Source: a bacterium
GTDB lineage: Bacteria; Omnitrophota; Gorgyraeia; Duberdicusellales; 4484-171
Assembly: GCA_021796115.1 (NCBI GenBank)
Contig: JAJYOP010000008.1
Span: forward strand, 1-58,075
DNA length: 58,075 nt
Direction: 5' to 3'
The notes beneath the pieces are model-generated. The model ran no database searches, was not told where the DNA came from, and saw only the letters and a program-made list of their open reading frames with translations. Shown here one piece after another: positions 23,824-32,530 of this stretch. Positions within the stretch are counted from its first letter, which is position 1. Each line of letters starts with the position of its first letter. A program made the position numbers and the translations under genes.

Positions 23824-24810
23824 ATGTCCCAAAAAATTTTTGTAATTTTTTTATTCATCATCGTATTTATTTGCCCTTTATCTTTTGCCGAAACCAATAT
23901 CATCCCTCCTCCAGCAGAAGATATTAATGAATCGGCCTCAAAAGGGGTCATTAACCAAATAAAAAAAATAACCGCTAATCAGGAAAAGAAAAGCACGGTT
24001 TCCGCAGAAGAAAAGGAAGAATCCACAAAAAGCAAACATGAAGCCGAGAGCTATTTTACTTTTTTACCTTCTTCCGGTGCAAAATCCGCAAACGGCAGTA
24101 TCAGCCTTGTTGAGTCAGGTTTTAATTATTCTTATGAGTTCAAGGCCTTTGGGCAATTGCCAATAACCTTGTCATTGGGCAGTGAATATATAGGTATAGA
24201 CAATAGTAATGCAAGCCTTGATTTGCCATCGCATTTAACATCATTTACCACTGGTTTGGAATTTATATTGCCTTTCTTCAATATCGATAAAACATACATT
24301 TCTTCAGGAATTGAGCCTTCTTTTTTTACTGACGATTGGAATTTTGACAGCTCATCGTTCAGAATCCCTTTTAACAGCTTTCTTATTCATAAACCAAACG
24401 ATAAACTTACAATTATCGGGGGTATTGCGGTTTTCCCGGATTTTAAAGAAAAGATATATCCTGTTTTTGGTTTTATATATAAGCCGAATAAACAATGGAT
24501 TTTTAATATAACTTCAGAAAGTCCCAGCATTGTCTATTCGCCGAATAAGAAATGGAGCTTTTTTGGCGAAATAAGGACGCCGCTTGGAAGCGAATTCGAA
24601 GTTACACGCCAAGATAGAAGTCATGTCGTTTTAATGTATAACGATACGCGTATCGGAGGAGGAGTTACTTACAATTTTAATAAATTCATCTCTACTACTT
24701 TATCAATGGGCGGTGCTTTCGGCCGCTATTTTAAATACCGAGATGAAGATGGGAAGGTAAGTTTGGATAATGGTCTTTATGGCAAGTTTGCCATTGACGT
24801 CCAAATGTAA
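23824..24810 (+). CDS. Secreted, beta-rich (outer-membrane-barrel-like) hypothetical protein
   Basis: Signal peptide ending SFA-E, alternating hydrophobic beta pattern, aromatic residues near the C-terminus. SD AAAGGAG. Confidence 0.55.
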   Translation: MSQKIFVIFLFIIVFICPLSFAETNIIPPPAEDINESASKGVINQIKKITANQEKKSTVSAEEKEESTKSKHEAESYFTFLPSSGAKSANGSISLVESGFNYSYEFKAFGQLPITLSLGSEYIGIDNSNASLDLPSHLTSFTTGLEFILPFFNIDKTYISSGIEPSFFTDDWNFDSSSFRIPFNSFLIHKPNDKLTIIGGIAVFPDFKEKIYPVFGFIYKPNKQWIFNITSESPSIVYSPNKKWSFFGEIRTPLGSEFEVTRQDRSHVVLMYNDTRIGGGVTYNFNKFISTTLSMGGAFGRYFKYRDEDGKVSLDNGLYGKFAIDVQM

Positions 24811-24811
24811 T

Positions 24812-25525
24812 ATGGAAAATAAACCAGAAAAACAATTTGAAGTTTTATTCGTTGAAGATAATAACTTGCTTGACGAAGTAAAGAGTTTAAGGGGAAGAGT
24901 TTTTTTCGGTAAAGATAATAAAGAAGAAGATGAATTCGACAGATATTCAAAGCACCTCGCAGCTATAGATAAAGACAAAAACATTATTGCCGGCAGCTAC
25001 CGCCTGCTTTTGGGCTCAACAGCGCAAAAACATACCGGTTTCTATTCAGAGACAGAATTTGACTTGAGCAATATTAAAAAAAATTGCCATGGAGAACTGC
25101 TTGAAATGAGTCGGGCATGCGTGCTCGACTCCTACCGCAAATATCCAATCATAAAATTTATCTGGAAAGAAATAATCTCTTTCGTAGAAAGAAAAGACAT
25201 AAAATATATATTTGGTTGCCCCAGCATTGAAAACTCTTCCCGGGAGCATATCGGCGAGGCTATAAAATTTTTTAAGGAAAATTGCTTTGCTGAAGAAAAA
25301 TACAAAGTTTATCCGCTTCAAGGCAAAGAATATGAATTTAATCCTGTCAATAAGCTCGATTCCAAAGCAACTTACCGAAGCCTGCCTTCGCTCGTGAGGG
25401 GGTATTTAAAGATGGGCGCGTTTGTTTGTTCGGAGCCTGCCTGGGACAGCCATTTTAAAACCGTAGATTTCTTTATGATGCTTGAGGTGGCAAAATTTAG
25501 CGCCTATAAAGAAAAATTTTCATGA
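24812..25525 (+). CDS. GNAT-family N-acyltransferase, OlsB-like (lyso-aminolipid synthase family)
   Basis: RGRVFF..., SYRLL, LEMSRACV and GAF.C patterns typical of the OlsB/hemolysin-like Acetyltransf_5 family. Start ATG 24812. Confidence 0.65.
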   Translation: MENKPEKQFEVLFVEDNNLLDEVKSLRGRVFFGKDNKEEDEFDRYSKHLAAIDKDKNIIAGSYRLLLGSTAQKHTGFYSETEFDLSNIKKNCHGELLEMSRACVLDSYRKYPIIKFIWKEIISFVERKDIKYIFGCPSIENSSREHIGEAIKFFKENCFAEEKYKVYPLQGKEYEFNPVNKLDSKATYRSLPSLVRGYLKMGAFVCSEPAWDSHFKTVDFFMMLEVAKFSAYKEKFS

Positions 25526-26301
25526 TAAAAATACTTAAGACCATTCTACTCATTTTTCTCGTCTGTATATTTATAATTATCTTTGCCTTGCTGCAATGCC
25601 TATTTTTTTATTCCAAAAATAAAAGAGTCTATTTCATTTCCCGGGCAATAAATATTTTTAGTATTATCGCAACTTTCATTATGGGGATAAAAATAAGAGT
25701 AAACGGCTTATCTAACCTGCATAGAAAAAAGGGAGTTTTTCTTGTTACAAACCACATCAGCTATATCGACGGACTGGTTGCGTCACGAATTTTTCCGCTT
25801 ATTTTTATCGCCAGGGGCGATTTGAAAGAATGGCCCTTATTCGGAACGTTCAGCAAGCTTTCCGAAACTGTATTCGTAAATAGAACAAGCACCGCAAACT
25901 TGCATAAAGAGATAGACAATATAACTTCTTTGCTTAAAAGCGGCATAAACGTTATTTTATTTCCCCAGGGCACAACGACTTCAATGGTAGAAGATGTGTC
26001 CTTCAGGTCATCATTATTTCAGGCACCCATTGCTGCTTTAAGTGACACAATACCATTTACGATAAAATATAAAAAAATAAACGGTACCGATATCAATGAT
26101 AAAAACAAAGATCTTGTCTTATGGTATGGAGATATGGAATTTGCACCGCATATTTTTTCTTTTTTAGGCCTAAAAGATATCGAGGTCGAAGTCGAAATGT
26201 TAAAACCCATAGAGAGTTCTTTGAAAAATAATCGAAAATCTTTGAGCATGGTTTCTCAAGAGGCCATAAATGCTAATTTGCACCAATATGATAAAATTTA
26301 G
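25522..26301 (+). CDS. Lysophospholipid (PlsC/OlsA-like) O-acyltransferase
   Basis: N-terminal TM helices, NHISYID (HX4D) and FPQGTT motifs. ATGA overlap with the previous gene. Confidence 0.8.
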   Translation: MIKILKTILLIFLVCIFIIIFALLQCLFFYSKNKRVYFISRAINIFSIIATFIMGIKIRVNGLSNLHRKKGVFLVTNHISYIDGLVASRIFPLIFIARGDLKEWPLFGTFSKLSETVFVNRTSTANLHKEIDNITSLLKSGINVILFPQGTTTSMVEDVSFRSSLFQAPIAALSDTIPFTIKYKKINGTDINDKNKDLVLWYGDMEFAPHIFSFLGLKDIEVEVEMLKPIESSLKNNRKSLSMVSQEAINANLHQYDKI

Positions 26302-26315
26302 ATAAGGAGGCAGAG

Positions 26316-27314
26316 ATGTCAGAGCTAAGATGCAACCTTATTTCCCGTGAATGGGTAATTATTGCAACCGAAAGAGCAAAGCGGCCGCACGATTTTATCA
26401 AAACAAAAAATAAAGCTGAGCCTTTGCCGAATTACAAAAACGACTGCCCTTTTTGTCCAGGTAATGAAAAATTAACTCCGTCAGAAACATTTGCTTTGAG
26501 AGAAAAAAATTCCTGGAAGGTGAGGGCGGTAAACAATAAATTTGGCGCGCTTGCGCAAGATGAGCCATTAGTACGAAAAATACAGGGCCTTTACAGTTCG
26601 ATGAGCGGTTTTGGTATAGCAGAAGTAATCATAGAAAACCCTAAACATAATACTTGTCTGCCTTTGATGGATATAAAGGAAATAGAGGAGGTGGTAAGGG
26701 TATATAAAATACGTTATACGGAAGTTGAGAAAATTAAAGGCATCGAAAGTATAATTATTTTTAAAAATCATGGCCCCAGCGCCGGTACATCGCTTGAACA
26801 CCCGCATTCGCAATTAATTGCCACCCCGATAGTTCCGCCGCAATCAAGGTCGAGGATTGAACAGGCAGTTACTTACTTTGATTTAACCGGCCAATGTATT
26901 TTTTGCCGGACGCTTAGCGATGAATTAAACGCTAAAGAAAGAATAATTGTCGAAACAGAAAATTTTGTTTCTTTTGTGCCTTTTGCGGCATTATCGCCAT
27001 TCCATATGTGGATTTTTCCCAAGCGGCACAGCTCTTCTTTTGCCGATATCAATGAAGGGGAAATAAGAGATTTTGCAAAAATTCTGAAAGAAACTGTCAG
27101 CCGGCTCTATTACGGGCTTGATAATCCGGATTATAACTACACCATACGCTCGATGCCGGTTAACGAGAATGGGAAAGAATATTACCATTGGTATTTAAGT
27201 ATAATCCCGCGTGTCTCGCAACCTGCCGGGTTCGAATTAGGTTCAGGGATGTTTATCAATACCGCCCTTCCGGAAGAAAGCGCAAAGTTCTTAAGGGAAG
27301 TAAAACCAGCATAG
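26316..27314 (+). CDS. galT: Galactose-1-phosphate uridylyltransferase-family (HIT) nucleotidyltransferase
   Basis: CPFCPGNE zinc site and HPHSQ active-site motif. Confidence 0.8.
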   Translation: MSELRCNLISREWVIIATERAKRPHDFIKTKNKAEPLPNYKNDCPFCPGNEKLTPSETFALREKNSWKVRAVNNKFGALAQDEPLVRKIQGLYSSMSGFGIAEVIIENPKHNTCLPLMDIKEIEEVVRVYKIRYTEVEKIKGIESIIIFKNHGPSAGTSLEHPHSQLIATPIVPPQSRSRIEQAVTYFDLTGQCIFCRTLSDELNAKERIIVETENFVSFVPFAALSPFHMWIFPKRHSSSFADINEGEIRDFAKILKETVSRLYYGLDNPDYNYTIRSMPVNENGKEYYHWYLSIIPRVSQPAGFELGSGMFINTALPEESAKFLREVKPA

Positions 27315-27320
27315 GCAGAG

Positions 27321-27468
27321 AAACTTTAATTCCGCCCGCCACCATAATATTTTATTAAGGCGCAGCCGCAGCTAATGTATATTCACTTTGAATACAATTA
27401 TATGCATATTAAATACAATACTAATTATTAACTTTAATATTTGTGGTGGGATAGAGGAGCGGGATTCA
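27321..27468 (+). repeat. Family C repeat, copy C2 (large interior)
   Basis: Left arm AAACTTTAATTCCGCCCGCCACCATAATATTTTATT, right arm AATATTTGTGGTGGG..GCGGGATT. Lies between convergent genes. Confidence 0.7.
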
Positions 27469-27475
27469 AAAAAGG

Positions 27476-27931
27476 TTATTGCGCAAATAATTCTTTTTCT
27501 TCCTGGGTTATCTCGCCGTCGTAGAGCCAGACCGAGATATTGAGCCGCTCGTCGGAGATCCTGACAATCCTATCGGTTCTGGTTATAGCCTGTCCCTTTA
27601 CGATATCCTTCACGCTGTTTAAGTCTTTGCATAAAAATATTACCTGGTAGGAGGTGCTGTTCGGGGTTTTCTGTTCCTCAGTAGTTATCCGGTAATATTT
27701 TTTAACCAAGTCATTTTTCTCATTGAAAAAGTTATACTCTTCCACATTGGTTACAATTCCTGTTGCCTGAATTTCTTTTCCGAAATAATCATTTTGAATA
27801 TCCAAACGCTTAAGATCAGTAGCTTGCTTAAATTGGTCAACTAAATCACCCAAGTTTTGGGCATAAGAAAGGCGGGAAAAGCTAGTAAAAAGCATGAATC
27901 CGGCTAAAAGAATCTTTAATATTAACTTCAT
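27476..27931 (-). CDS. Secreted hypothetical protein
   Basis: Signal peptide ending SYA-Q. SD AAGGAGGG before the ATG. Confidence 0.6.
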   Translation of the reverse strand: MKLILKILLAGFMLFTSFSRLSYAQNLGDLVDQFKQATDLKRLDIQNDYFGKEIQATGIVTNVEEYNFFNEKNDLVKKYYRITTEEQKTPNSTSYQVIFLCKDLNSVKDIVKGQAITRTDRIVRISDERLNISVWLYDGEITQEEKELFAQ

Positions 27932-28109
27932 CAGCCCTCCTTTTTGGTTAGTAGAGAGTAGAGAGAAATTATTACCGTTATTATAACTAAAGAATTTAAA
28001 ATCTTTAAAAAATTCTGGTTTTCTTCCCTCTCCCTACTTTCTGCCTTCCATCCCCTACTTATTATTTATATAATAATACGCGATATGATTTGTGTAAAGC
28101 AAAAAGATG

Positions 28110-28138
28110 TTGACATCCATATGTATATTGCATACAAT
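28110..28138 (+). promoter_or_regulatory. Promoter TTGACA-17-TACAAT overlapping an inverted repeat
   Basis: -35 at 28110-28115 and -10 at 28133-28138. TTGCAT-N14-ATGCAA at 28128-28153 and a further ATGCAA at 28163-28168. Confidence 0.6.
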
Positions 28139-28184
28139 AATATGTGGATGCAATATAATTATATGCAAAAAGAATATAAAAACA

Positions 28185-29795
28185 ATGCTTTATCTAAGTA
28201 AAAATGCCGCTAAATTATTAAAGCTTTTCCTTGACCAGCCGGAAGAAGCATTTTATATCCAGCAAATCGGCAGAATCCTTAAGAAAAAACCAGGAGTTTT
28301 CCAAAGGACTCTCTATAAAATGGAAAAACAGGGCATTCTTAAAAGCGAATACAAAGCCAATGCCCGGTTTTTCAGGATAAATAAAAGCTATCCTGTTTAT
28401 CGCGAATTAAAAAGCATTGTTTCTAAAATTGGGGGCATCTGTTTAATCCTTATCTTTTTCGCTTTTTCAAACCCTCTAAAAGCTTCGTGTGAAGAATCCG
28501 GCAGCAATACCCTGGTTTTAACTTGCCTTAAGGATGCTATCGGTACAGCTTTTAAAAACAATAAAAGTATTCAAATTCAGGAAAGAGAAATAGAGATAGC
28601 CAAAGCGGATATCCTTGGCGCAAGAAGCAATTTTCTTCCCACGGTTGATTTTGATGCCAGTTATAACCGCCGGGCGACTTCATTTAATGTCCCGCTTACC
28701 ACAAAAAAAGATTTTGGCATATTTTCCGGCTACCGGAATGACAATATACTCGGAGTTTCGATTAACGAGAACGTTTATAGCGGCGGAGCCAACCTTGCCA
28801 ACTTAAGAGAAAAGCAATTAGCCATGACAGAACAGGAAGAAACTTTACGCGCGGCAAAACTCAATGTTGAGCTTGAAACAAAACGGCTTTATTACGGATT
28901 ACTGCTTGCTTATGAAACAAAAAGAATTGCCGAAGACCTCATTGCCCAGGCAGAGGCGCACTATGAATACGTGAAGCGGAAATATGAGCAGGGTACAGCT
29001 TCGAAGTTTGATGTATTGCAATCAAAAGTCCAGGTATCTTTGCTTATGCCGGAATTAATTAATGCGATTAACAGCATCGATTTGATTATGGCGGAATTAA
29101 ATCAGGTATTGGGCCTTAAAGTGCTGGACACCATAGAAGTTAAAGATAAGCTCGATTATTCTCCGGTAGAAATTACCGAAAGAGAATTTTTGAAAAAAGC
29201 CTACCTGGATAATCCGCGAATGGTTATACAGTCTTTAGGAATCGATATAAACCAATGGACAATAAAATTTGCTAAAGCCGGCTGGCTCCCGCAGGTTAAC
29301 ATCGGAGCGGAGTATAGTTACCGTTCAAATAACGTAGCCAATATGTTTAACCCACGGCACAATAACTGGAACGTTGGCGCTACTTTAAGTTTTTCAATTT
29401 TTGACGGTTTTGCCACAAAGAGCAAAGTCGATGCTGCAAAAGCGCGTTATGCGCAATCACTAATCAGTAAAGATAATCTTGCTGACCAGATAGCCGTAAG
29501 TATCAGAAACGACTGTGTTGATTTGCGCCAAGCCGAAGCGGTTATTGTTTCGCAAAAAGATAATTTAAAAGATGCCCAGGAAGCGTTGATGATTGCCGAG
29601 GTGCGCTACGATAATGGCATAGGAATAAATCTTGATGTCCTTGATGCGCAAACATCGCTGGCTCAAGTCAGGCAGAATCTTGCCAGCGGTATTTATGATT
29701 ATTTAGTGGCTCAAGCTGATTTAGCCCGGAATATGGGGGTACAGTATTTTAATGATGATTATAGATTATCTCGACAACAAGCATTCAAGAAGTAA
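28185..29795 (+). CDS. TolC-family outer-membrane efflux protein, with an N-terminal winged-helix domain of about 95 aa in the same ORF
   Basis: Residues 1-85 show a wHTH pattern (FYIQQIGRILKKKPGVFQRTLYKMEKQGILKSEYKANARFFRIN). Then comes a hydrophobic segment ICLILIFFAF..LKA-S, then TolC repeats. The promoter places ATG 28107 upstream of the TSS. Confidence 0.7.
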   Translation: MLYLSKNAAKLLKLFLDQPEEAFYIQQIGRILKKKPGVFQRTLYKMEKQGILKSEYKANARFFRINKSYPVYRELKSIVSKIGGICLILIFFAFSNPLKASCEESGSNTLVLTCLKDAIGTAFKNNKSIQIQEREIEIAKADILGARSNFLPTVDFDASYNRRATSFNVPLTTKKDFGIFSGYRNDNILGVSINENVYSGGANLANLREKQLAMTEQEETLRAAKLNVELETKRLYYGLLLAYETKRIAEDLIAQAEAHYEYVKRKYEQGTASKFDVLQSKVQVSLLMPELINAINSIDLIMAELNQVLGLKVLDTIEVKDKLDYSPVEITEREFLKKAYLDNPRMVIQSLGIDINQWTIKFAKAGWLPQVNIGAEYSYRSNNVANMFNPRHNNWNVGATLSFSIFDGFATKSKVDAAKARYAQSLISKDNLADQIAVSIRNDCVDLRQAEAVIVSQKDNLKDAQEALMIAEVRYDNGIGINLDVLDAQTSLAQVRQNLASGIYDYLVAQADLARNMGVQYFNDDYRLSRQQAFKK

Positions 29796-29808
29796 GATGA
29801 AAATAAAT

Positions 29809-29839
29809 AAATTCCAAGCACCAATGAATATTGGAATTT
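29809..29839 (+). repeat. Family A repeat, minimal copy A3
   Basis: AAATTCCAA-GCACCAATGAATA-TTGGAATTT, a 9-bp stem. Lies between the tolC-like and hlyD-like genes. Confidence 0.7.
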
Positions 29840-29864
29840 TTATCTATGCAAAAGGAGGCAAATA

Positions 29865-30701
29865 ATGAAAAAAAGAATTAAAATATTACTAATCATTATT
29901 TTAGCCGCAGCAATAGCGGCAGGGGCGGCCACGCTTTTTAAATACGAAAAAGAAGTTAACCGCAAGGCAATAAAAGTTTCCGGCAACATCGAAGGAAACG
30001 ACGTACGCATATCTTTCCGTATCGACGGACAGATAGAAAATTTATTGGCAGACGAAGGCGTTTTTATTAAAGTTGGCCAGATTGTCGCGCGGCTAAACAA
30101 GGATGAATTAAGTAAGCAAAAAGCACAGGCAGAGGCAGGTTTAAGGCTTGCAGAGTATCAGTATAAATTAGACCGGGATAATTATTCTCGCGCGCAGAAC
30201 CTTTTTAAAGTCGGAGCAATTTCCGCGCAGGCAAGAGACACCGCAAGAACAAAAGCCGATACCGATAAAGCGAATGTGGAACAGCTTAAGGCAGCTCTTG
30301 AATTAGCAAATACCCATTTAGGCTGGGCCGATTTAGCTTCGCCGCTTAATGGCTATGTCCTTACTAAAAGCGCTTTAGAGGGGGAAGTGGTCAAAGCCGG
30401 CGCGCCGGTATTTACGGCAGTTGATTTAAATGACATTTGGGTTACCGCCTATATTGATGAATCGGATTTAGGCAAAGTTAAATTAAATCAAAAAGCTTAT
30501 GTTACAACCGACAGTTATAAAAATAAAAAATATAACGGTTGGGTTTCTTTCATATCAGACCAGTCGGAATTTACTCCCAAATACATCCAGACCCAGGAAG
30601 AACGCGTGAAATATGTTTACCGGATTAAAGTGCGCGTGGACAATTCAAGCCTTGACTTAAAACCGGGGATGCCCGCAGACGCTTACATTTTGCTTCAATA
30701 A
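29865..30701 (+). CDS. HlyD-family periplasmic adaptor (YbhG-like)
   Basis: N-terminal anchor, coiled-coil hairpin and beta-barrel segments. SD AAGGAGG. Confidence 0.85.
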   Translation: MKKRIKILLIIILAAAIAAGAATLFKYEKEVNRKAIKVSGNIEGNDVRISFRIDGQIENLLADEGVFIKVGQIVARLNKDELSKQKAQAEAGLRLAEYQYKLDRDNYSRAQNLFKVGAISAQARDTARTKADTDKANVEQLKAALELANTHLGWADLASPLNGYVLTKSALEGEVVKAGAPVFTAVDLNDIWVTAYIDESDLGKVKLNQKAYVTTDSYKNKKYNGWVSFISDQSEFTPKYIQTQEERVKYVYRIKVRVDNSSLDLKPGMPADAYILLQ

Positions 30702-30702
30702 A

Positions 30703-31440
30703 ATGGGAATCATTAAGAGCGTAAATTTAACCAAAAAATTCGGTAACCTATCCGCCGTAGATAATTTAAACCTCGAAATCAACGAGGGAGAAATTTTTGG
30801 GTTAGTGGGGCCGGATGGCGCAGGGAAAACTACGACCATGCGCCTTTTAACCGGCATACTTAACCCGACAAGCGGAGAAGGGTGGGTTTGCGATAAGCAC
30901 ATCGTAAAAGATGCCGAGCCACTTAAGGAAAATATTGCCTATATGTCCCAGCGCTTCGGCCTTTATGAAGAGTTAAGCGTCATCGAGAATATAAATTTTT
31001 ATGCCGACGTCTATGGCGTTAAGAAAAGCAATCGCCAGGAAACTATCGACCGGCTACTCGGTTTTTCCGGGCTGCTTCCTTTTAAAGAGCGTTTTGCCGG
31101 AAAACTGTCCGGGGGAATGAAGCAAAAATTAGGCCTTGCCTGCGCGTTGATTCATACCCCGCGTGTGCTTTTTTTGGATGAACCTACCAATGGAGTGGAT
31201 CCGGTATCGCGAAGAGATTTTTGGAATATACTTTATGACTTGCTTAAACAAAAGGTAACTATTTTTTGTTCAACCTGTTATCTTGACGAAGCCGAGCGTT
31301 GTACGCGCGTTGGCCTGATGCATAAAGGGAAATTGTTACGCTGCGATTTTCCGGACAAGATAAAAAAAGAGTACAATGCCAAAACCCTTGAAGAAGTATT
31401 TATTACGATAATTAAGGAATGCGAAAAAGATTCTAATTAA
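30703..31440 (+). CDS. ABC transporter ATP-binding protein (N-terminal-half equivalent of YbhF)
   Basis: GPDGAGKTT, LSGGMKQK and LFLDEPT motifs. Confidence 0.9.
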   Translation: MGIIKSVNLTKKFGNLSAVDNLNLEINEGEIFGLVGPDGAGKTTTMRLLTGILNPTSGEGWVCDKHIVKDAEPLKENIAYMSQRFGLYEELSVIENINFYADVYGVKKSNRQETIDRLLGFSGLLPFKERFAGKLSGGMKQKLGLACALIHTPRVLFLDEPTNGVDPVSRRDFWNILYDLLKQKVTIFCSTCYLDEAERCTRVGLMHKGKLLRCDFPDKIKKEYNAKTLEEVFITIIKECEKDSN

Positions 31441-31442
31441 TA

Positions 31443-31572
31443 TGTTGCGTCAATCGATTACGGTTACGCGGTCCCTTTTGGGAGGCTTTACTTCTCGTTT
31501 AGTTTATCGTCAAACGTCATGCGCATAACGCAACCGATACGAGTAGCGTAACCATAACCGTAAAACGTAACC
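31443..31572 (+). repeat. Family B structured repeat, copy B2 (between the two ATPase genes)
   Basis: Helix TTACT..CG / CGAGTAG (31488-31497 / 31540-31546). Invariant ACGCAACC at 31528-31535. GTTACG/CGTAAC words on the flanks. Confidence 0.75.
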
Positions 31573-31579
31573 AAATATT

Positions 31580-32530
31580 ATGGATAACGTAGCCGTCAGC
31601 GTGCAAAATCTTGAGAAAAAATTCGGAGATTTTACTGCCGTAAATAAAATTAATTTCGAAGTTAAACAGGGCGAAATCTACGGCTTCCTCGGGCCAAACG
31701 GCGCCGGCAAATCTACCACTATCAGGATGCTTTGTGGAATTATTCCGCCCACATCAGGCACCGGCACAGTCGGTGGATTTGATATTATAAAAGAACAGCC
31801 GAAAATTAAAGAACATATCGGTTATATGTCGCAAAAATTTTCTCTCTATAACGATTTAACCATCGAAGAGAATATTAATTTTTATAGCGGCATCTATAAA
31901 ATTCCCAAAGACAAAAAGAAAGATGTTCTTGAAGAAACTCTTCGCACCGCGGGCTTAGAAGGCATGGAATCGCGCCCTACAGTAACTCTTGCCGGCGGCT
32001 GGAAACAACGTCTCGCGCTTGGGTGTGCGCTGCTGCATAAACCAAAAATACTTTTTCTTGATGAGCCCACTTCAGGAGTTGACCCGATAACCCGCGCTAA
32101 CTTCTGGAGCGTCATTAAACAGCTGGCCGCACAAGGAGTAACGGTTTTTGTTACAACGCATTACATGGATGAAGCGGAGAATTGCAACCGCATGGTTTTG
32201 ATTTATCACGGCACGATAATCGCTCGCGGCAGTCCCCAGGAGATGAAAACCAATTGCATAGGCAATGATGTGTTGGAAATAACGTTGCCTAATGCCCAAA
32301 ATTGGCTTGAGAAAATCGCAAAGATAGAGGGAGTAAAAGATGCGGCGCTTTTCGGGGCAAACATCCACGCTATTGTTTATGATAGCGCCAAAGCTATTCC
32401 GGCGATAAAACAAGCTTTGCAACAAATGAATGTGGGTGAATTTAGAGTAAACAAAATTCTTCCTTCGCTTGAGGACGTATTTGTCTGTTCGATAGAAAAC
32501 TATGACCGCGCAGAGCTTAAAAAGAATTAA
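31580..32530 (+). CDS. ABC transporter ATP-binding protein (C-terminal-half equivalent of YbhF)
   Basis: GPNGAGKST, LAGGWKQR and LFLDEPT motifs, plus a C-terminal extension. Confidence 0.9.
   Translation: MDNVAVSVQNLEKKFGDFTAVNKINFEVKQGEIYGFLGPNGAGKSTTIRMLCGIIPPTSGTGTVGGFDIIKEQPKIKEHIGYMSQKFSLYNDLTIEENINFYSGIYKIPKDKKKDVLEETLRTAGLEGMESRPTVTLAGGWKQRLALGCALLHKPKILFLDEPTSGVDPITRANFWSVIKQLAAQGVTVFVTTHYMDEAENCNRMVLIYHGTIIARGSPQEMKTNCIGNDVLEITLPNAQNWLEKIAKIEGVKDAALFGANIHAIVYDSAKAIPAIKQALQQMNVGEFRVNKILPSLEDVFVCSIENYDRAELKKN

Noticed and set aside
27932-28106. TAGAGAG / CTCTCCCTA word region as a strong hairpin or sRNA.
   Set aside because: Pairing between the two arms is poor on both strands when drawn out, with several mismatches even allowing G-U. 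It is kept only as an example of the word grammar in the window-wide finding.
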